A stretch of 20,235 nucleotides of DNA from Candidatus Rokuibacteriota bacterium (GTDB taxonomy: Bacteria > Methylomirabilota > Methylomirabilia > Rokubacteriales > DASRDR01). Below, piece after piece: positions 17,022 through 20,235 of this stretch; position 1 is the stretch's first letter; the number at the start of each line of letters is the position of its first letter. The notes below the pieces were generated by a model. The model worked only from the letters and a program-made list of their open reading frames with translations. It had not been told where the DNA came from and ran no database searches. The DNA lies in contig JBIOTN010000083.1 in the NCBI GenBank assembly GCA_044866005.1, positions 1 through 20,235 on the forward strand. Direction: 5' to 3'. The position numbers and the translations under genes were made by a program.

Positions 17022-18362
17022 GTGTCGCAACACGTCGAGGGAAGAGCCGAACGTGCCCAAGCCGACCTCCTCGTTCGCGGGGCGCGGATCTGGGGACGCG
17101 AGGGCCTCTGGGACGTCGCGGTCGCCGGCGGCCGCTACGCGGAGATCGCCGCCGCCGGCCAGCGGTCGAGCGGGCGCGCCGTCGAGATCCGCGCGGCCGA
17201 CCTCGGGCGGCTCGCCGCGGGTGGGCCACGCGAGGTCGACGCGGCGGGGCGGCTCCTGGCGCCGGCCTTCGTCGACCCCCACATCCACCTCGACAAGGTC
17301 CTCGTGGCGGCCGACGTCCGCCCGAACCGCTCCGGCACCCTGCGCGAGGCGATCGAGATCCTCTGGGAGCGGAAGGCGGCCTACACGGTCGAGGACTCGG
17401 TCCGCCGGGCCGGGCAGGTGATCGAGTCGGCCGTCCTCACCGGCACCACCCGGATGCGGACCCACGTGGACGTGGACACGGTGGTGAAGCTCCGGGCGCT
17501 GGACGGCGTGGCGGCGGCCCGCGAGCGCTACGCGGGGCTGGTGGACCTCGAGATCGTGGCCTTCCCCCAGGAAGGCATCCTGCGGGACCCCGGCGCCGCG
17601 GACCTCCTCCGCGCCGCCGTCACCGCGGGCGCGGACCTGGTCGGCGGCATGCCCCACAACGAGGCCTCGCCCGAGGACAGCCGGCGCCACGTCGAGACCT
17701 GCTTCGAGATCGCGACGGCGCACGGCCGCGACATCGACATGCACGTGGACGAGACGGACGACCCGGCCTCGCGGACGCTCGAGATCCTGGCCGACCTCAC
17801 GCTCGCCCACGGCTACGCCGGCCGGGTGACGGCCGGGCACACCTGCGCCCTCGCCGCCTACCCCGACGACTACGCGCGCCGGGTCATCGACAAGCTCGCC
17901 CGCGCGGGCGTCCACATGGTCACGAACCCTGCGACGAACCTGATGCTCCAGGGGCGCCACGACCGGCAGCCCGTCCGGCGCGGGATCACACGCGTCAAGG
18001 AGCTGCTCGCGGCGGGCGTCAACGTCGCGATGGGCCAGGACTGCGTGCAGGACACCTTCTACCCGTTCGGCCGCGGCGACATGCTGGAGATCGCCCTCAT
18101 CACGGCGCACGCGGCCCACCTGAGCCTGCCCGACGAGATCGAGACGGTCTTTCGCATGGCGACGACGAACGCGGCGCGACTGCTGCGGATCCCGGACTAC
18201 GACGTCGCCGCGGGGCACCGGGCGGACTTCGTCCTGCTGGACGCCCCGACCGCGGCGGAGGCGATCCGGCTCCAGGCGCCGCGCCGGCTCGTGGTCCGGC
18301 GCGGCCGGATCGTCGCCGAGACCCTCACCGAGCACAGGGTCTACCCGGCAGGGGGCGGATGA
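17022..18362 (+). CDS. Bacterial cytosine deaminase-like amidohydrolase (CodA/AtzC family)
   Basis: DPHIHLDK, RTHVD, VAFPQEG, DMHVDETDD, GHTCAL, NPATN, GQDCVQDTFYPFG; exact start uncertain. Confidence 0.9.
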   Translation: MSQHVEGRAERAQADLLVRGARIWGREGLWDVAVAGGRYAEIAAAGQRSSGRAVEIRAADLGRLAAGGPREVDAAGRLLAPAFVDPHIHLDKVLVAADVRPNRSGTLREAIEILWERKAAYTVEDSVRRAGQVIESAVLTGTTRMRTHVDVDTVVKLRALDGVAAARERYAGLVDLEIVAFPQEGILRDPGAADLLRAAVTAGADLVGGMPHNEASPEDSRRHVETCFEIATAHGRDIDMHVDETDDPASRTLEILADLTLAHGYAGRVTAGHTCALAAYPDDYARRVIDKLARAGVHMVTNPATNLMLQGRHDRQPVRRGITRVKELLAAGVNVAMGQDCVQDTFYPFGRGDMLEIALITAHAAHLSLPDEIETVFRMATTNAARLLRIPDYDVAAGHRADFVLLDAPTAAEAIRLQAPRRLVVRRGRIVAETLTEHRVYPAGGG

Positions 18363-18401
18363 GCCGCCGGCGTCGGCCGCCGACCCGTCGAGCGTGATGG
18401 G

Positions 18402-18887
18402 CTACTGCGGCCCGACCGCGATGAAGTGCCAGTTCTGAGAGCCGGGACTCCCCTTCGAGGCCGGGTCGTTAGACGGCTGCGCGATGTAGGCGCTGAAACC
18501 TGAGACGGTGACGCCGCCGGCCGGGCTATCGATCGAGATCACCTGGACGAACTGCGGGTCGACCGGGTCCGTGAAAAAGCCCTCCACGCCGAGGGCGACG
18601 GAGGGGGGACTCGCGAAGGGCGTGTCGAACGTCACCGTGTAGCGGCCGGATCCCGTCGCGACGGCCGTGAACCCGCTGCCCTCCAGCGTGGAGCCGTCGG
18701 CGCCGGCGATCGTGCCGCGAATCAGCACGAGGTTGGCCTCGACGCCCTGCACGCCACTCGTCGACGCCGCGAACGGGTTGCCCGGCCCGGGCGGGAGCCC
18801 CGAGTTGCCACGCGCCTGCGCCAGCGCCGGCGGCGCGGTCACGGTCACGATCAACAGCGCCAGCAGGACCGGTTTGATGACGACCAT
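18402..18887 (-). CDS. Secreted hypothetical protein with H-type lectin/gp53-like C-terminal beta domain
   Basis: RBS GGAGGT; signal peptide ending PALA-Q; GRYTVTFDTPFASPPSV..VTVSGF..WHFIAVG; 161 aa. Confidence 0.75.
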   Translation of the reverse strand: MVVIKPVLLALLIVTVTAPPALAQARGNSGLPPGPGNPFAASTSGVQGVEANLVLIRGTIAGADGSTLEGSGFTAVATGSGRYTVTFDTPFASPPSVALGVEGFFTDPVDPQFVQVISIDSPAGGVTVSGFSAYIAQPSNDPASKGSPGSQNWHFIAVGPQ

Positions 18888-18941
18888 GCTGCACCTCCCG
18901 AGGGTAGGAAAGAAGAAGAAGCGCGTCGCTGCGGCCGCCAG

Positions 18942-18971
18942 ACTATAGCCACGCCGGACGGAGGCGCGCAA
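18942..18971 (-). promoter_or_regulatory. Sigma70-type promoter for the minus-strand secreted protein
   Basis: Minus strand TTGCGC (18971-18966), 18-nt spacer, TATAGT (18947-18942). Confidence 0.55.
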
Positions 18972-18993
18972 GCCCCGGGCGAGAGGCTCGGGT

Positions 18994-19025
18994 CTAGCCG
19001 TTCCTCGCCATCTTGCCGTATAGTG
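18994..19025 (+). promoter_or_regulatory. Shared promoter-like motif upstream of the ring-opening amidohydrolase
   Basis: CTAGCCG-N11-CTTGCCGTATAGTG; 14-bp exact match to 14954-14967. Confidence 0.55.
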
Positions 19026-19026
19026 A

Positions 19027-19114
19027 GCGTCGCGCCGGCTCCGAAGGCTGGTGCGGCCAGGTCGTCGCCGAGACCCTCACCGAGCACCGGCTCTATCCAG
19101 GAGGCGCGAGATGA
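19027..19114 (+). repeat. Diverged duplicate of the deaminase 3' end (partner 18276-18362)
   Basis: 26-bp exact core TCGTCGCCGAGACCCTCACCGAGCAC at 18310-18335 and 19062-19087; 51/62 nt identical over 18301-18362 vs 19053-19114. Confidence 0.92.
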
Positions 19115-20214
19115 GGACGAGCGCGTTCAAGGTCGGCATGCGGAGCCCGGACGACGTGGCCGCGGGGGCGCGGCTCCTCGACGAGAAGGCCTTCCGCGCC
19201 GAGGACGTGGTGGCGATCCTCGGGAAGACCGAAGGCAACGGCGGCGTCAACGACTACACGCGCGGGCTCGCCACGCTCGCCTTCCAGCTCCTCCTGGCCC
19301 AGCGCTCGGGCACGCCGATCGAGAAGATCGCCAGGCGGGTCCCGATCATCTGGTCGGGCGGGACCGAGGGGCTCATGAGCCCGCACGCGACGATCTTCGT
19401 CCGCGAGCCCGACCGGGGCCCGGCGCCCCCGGGGCAGAAGCGGTTCACGGTCGGGACCGCGTACACGCGCGACCTCCTCCCCGAAGAGTTCGGGACCCTC
19501 GTCCACGCCGAGGTCGCCGCCGAGGGCGTGCGCGCCGCCATCCGCGAGGCCGGCATCGAGGCGATGGAGGACGTCCACTTCGTCCAGATCAAGACCGGCG
19601 CCCTGACGACCGAGCGGATCGCGGCGGCCCGGAGCCGCCGGCGCGAGGTGGTCACCTCCGACACGGGCAAGTCCATGGCCTACGGGCGCGCCGCCGCCGC
19701 GCTCGGGATCGGCCTCGCCACGGGCGAGCTCCCGGCGGCCCGCGTGACCGACGCCGCCATCCTGAAGGACCTGGCGGTGGCCTCGGACGTCGCCTCGACC
19801 TCCTCCGGCGTCGAGTTGATGAACTGCGAGGTCATCGTCATGGGGAACGCCCGCGGCTCGACGAGCGACCTCGTCGTCGCGCACACCGTCATGCGGGACG
19901 CCCTCGACGCGCCGGCCATCCGCGAGGCGCTCCGGCGCGCCGGGCTCCGCGTGGAGTGCGAGCTGGACGACCGCGAGCGGGCGCGGCTCGTCAACGTCTT
20001 CGTCAAGTGCGAGCCCGATCCCTCGGGGGCGACGCGGGGCCGGCGCCACGTGATGTTCGAGGACTCGGACGTCGGCTACACGCGCCACATCCGCGGCGCC
20101 GTCAACGCCGTGGTCGCCGCGGTCACCGGCGACCCCATGTGCTACGTCTCCGCGGGCGCCGAGCACCAGGGCCCGCCGGGCGGCGGCGTCGTCGCGGTCC
20201 TCGCCAGAGTCTAA
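19111..20214 (+). CDS. Ring-opening cyclic amide hydrolase, cyanuric acid hydrolase (AtzD/TrzD)/barbiturase family
   Basis: RBS AGGAGG (19099-19104); GKTEGNGGVNDYTR, WSGGTEG, HFVQIK, STSSGVEL, YVSAGAEHQGPPGGG; 367 aa. Confidence 0.96.
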   Translation: MRTSAFKVGMRSPDDVAAGARLLDEKAFRAEDVVAILGKTEGNGGVNDYTRGLATLAFQLLLAQRSGTPIEKIARRVPIIWSGGTEGLMSPHATIFVREPDRGPAPPGQKRFTVGTAYTRDLLPEEFGTLVHAEVAAEGVRAAIREAGIEAMEDVHFVQIKTGALTTERIAAARSRRREVVTSDTGKSMAYGRAAAALGIGLATGELPAARVTDAAILKDLAVASDVASTSSGVELMNCEVIVMGNARGSTSDLVVAHTVMRDALDAPAIREALRRAGLRVECELDDRERARLVNVFVKCEPDPSGATRGRRHVMFEDSDVGYTRHIRGAVNAVVAAVTGDPMCYVSAGAEHQGPPGGGVVAVLARV

Positions 20215-20217
20215 CTC

Positions 20218-20235
20218 GGGGGGGGGGGGGGGGGG
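20218..20235. other. Terminal poly-G run, probably a sequencing or assembly artifact
   Basis: 18 G at the very end of the window. Confidence 0.6.

Noticed and set aside
13518..20214. Xenobiotic atrazine atzABCD cluster
   Set aside because: Family-level resemblance only; no IS flanks, and the nucleobase transporter and Mo-enzyme context suggests native metabolism. Gene symbols withheld.
20209..20215. GTCTAAC as an attC R'' box
   Set aside because: It is the Val-stop end of a backbone gene; no L boxes follow, only poly-G.
20218..20235. Biological G-tract or phase-variation site
   Set aside because: At the sequence end; typical artifact and not assessable here.

Overview
Very GC-rich bacterial DNA; an ABC_sub_bind-family gene hints at Candidatus Rokubacteria or similar, but that is inference only. 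The backbone is one co-oriented N-heterocycle uptake and catabolism cluster: nucleoside-type ABC transporter (ATPase + 2 permeases), UraA-like NCS2 permease, three-subunit molybdenum hydroxylase (CoxM/S/L-like, not a form I CODH), AtzB/TrzA/MtaD-like amidohydrolase, DUF1116 (YlbE/AllG-like) protein, CodA/AtzC-like deaminase, and a cyanuric acid hydrolase/barbiturase-family enzyme with mosaic signatures. Together these suggest a possibly undescribed oxidative pyrimidine or s-triazine route. Four insertions interrupt the cluster: (1) a 242-bp structured element flanked by a 6-bp direct repeat; (2) a 4.2-kb tract between coxS and coxL with an integron attC site, two intact antitoxins whose toxins are destroyed, and gene fragments; (3) an MNT-HEPN pair; (4) a secreted-protein gene flanked by a diverged duplicate of the deaminase 3' end. 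A CTTGCCGTATA(G/T)T promoter-like motif occurs three times. Family calls come from motif recognition and recalled reference sequences; no searches were run.
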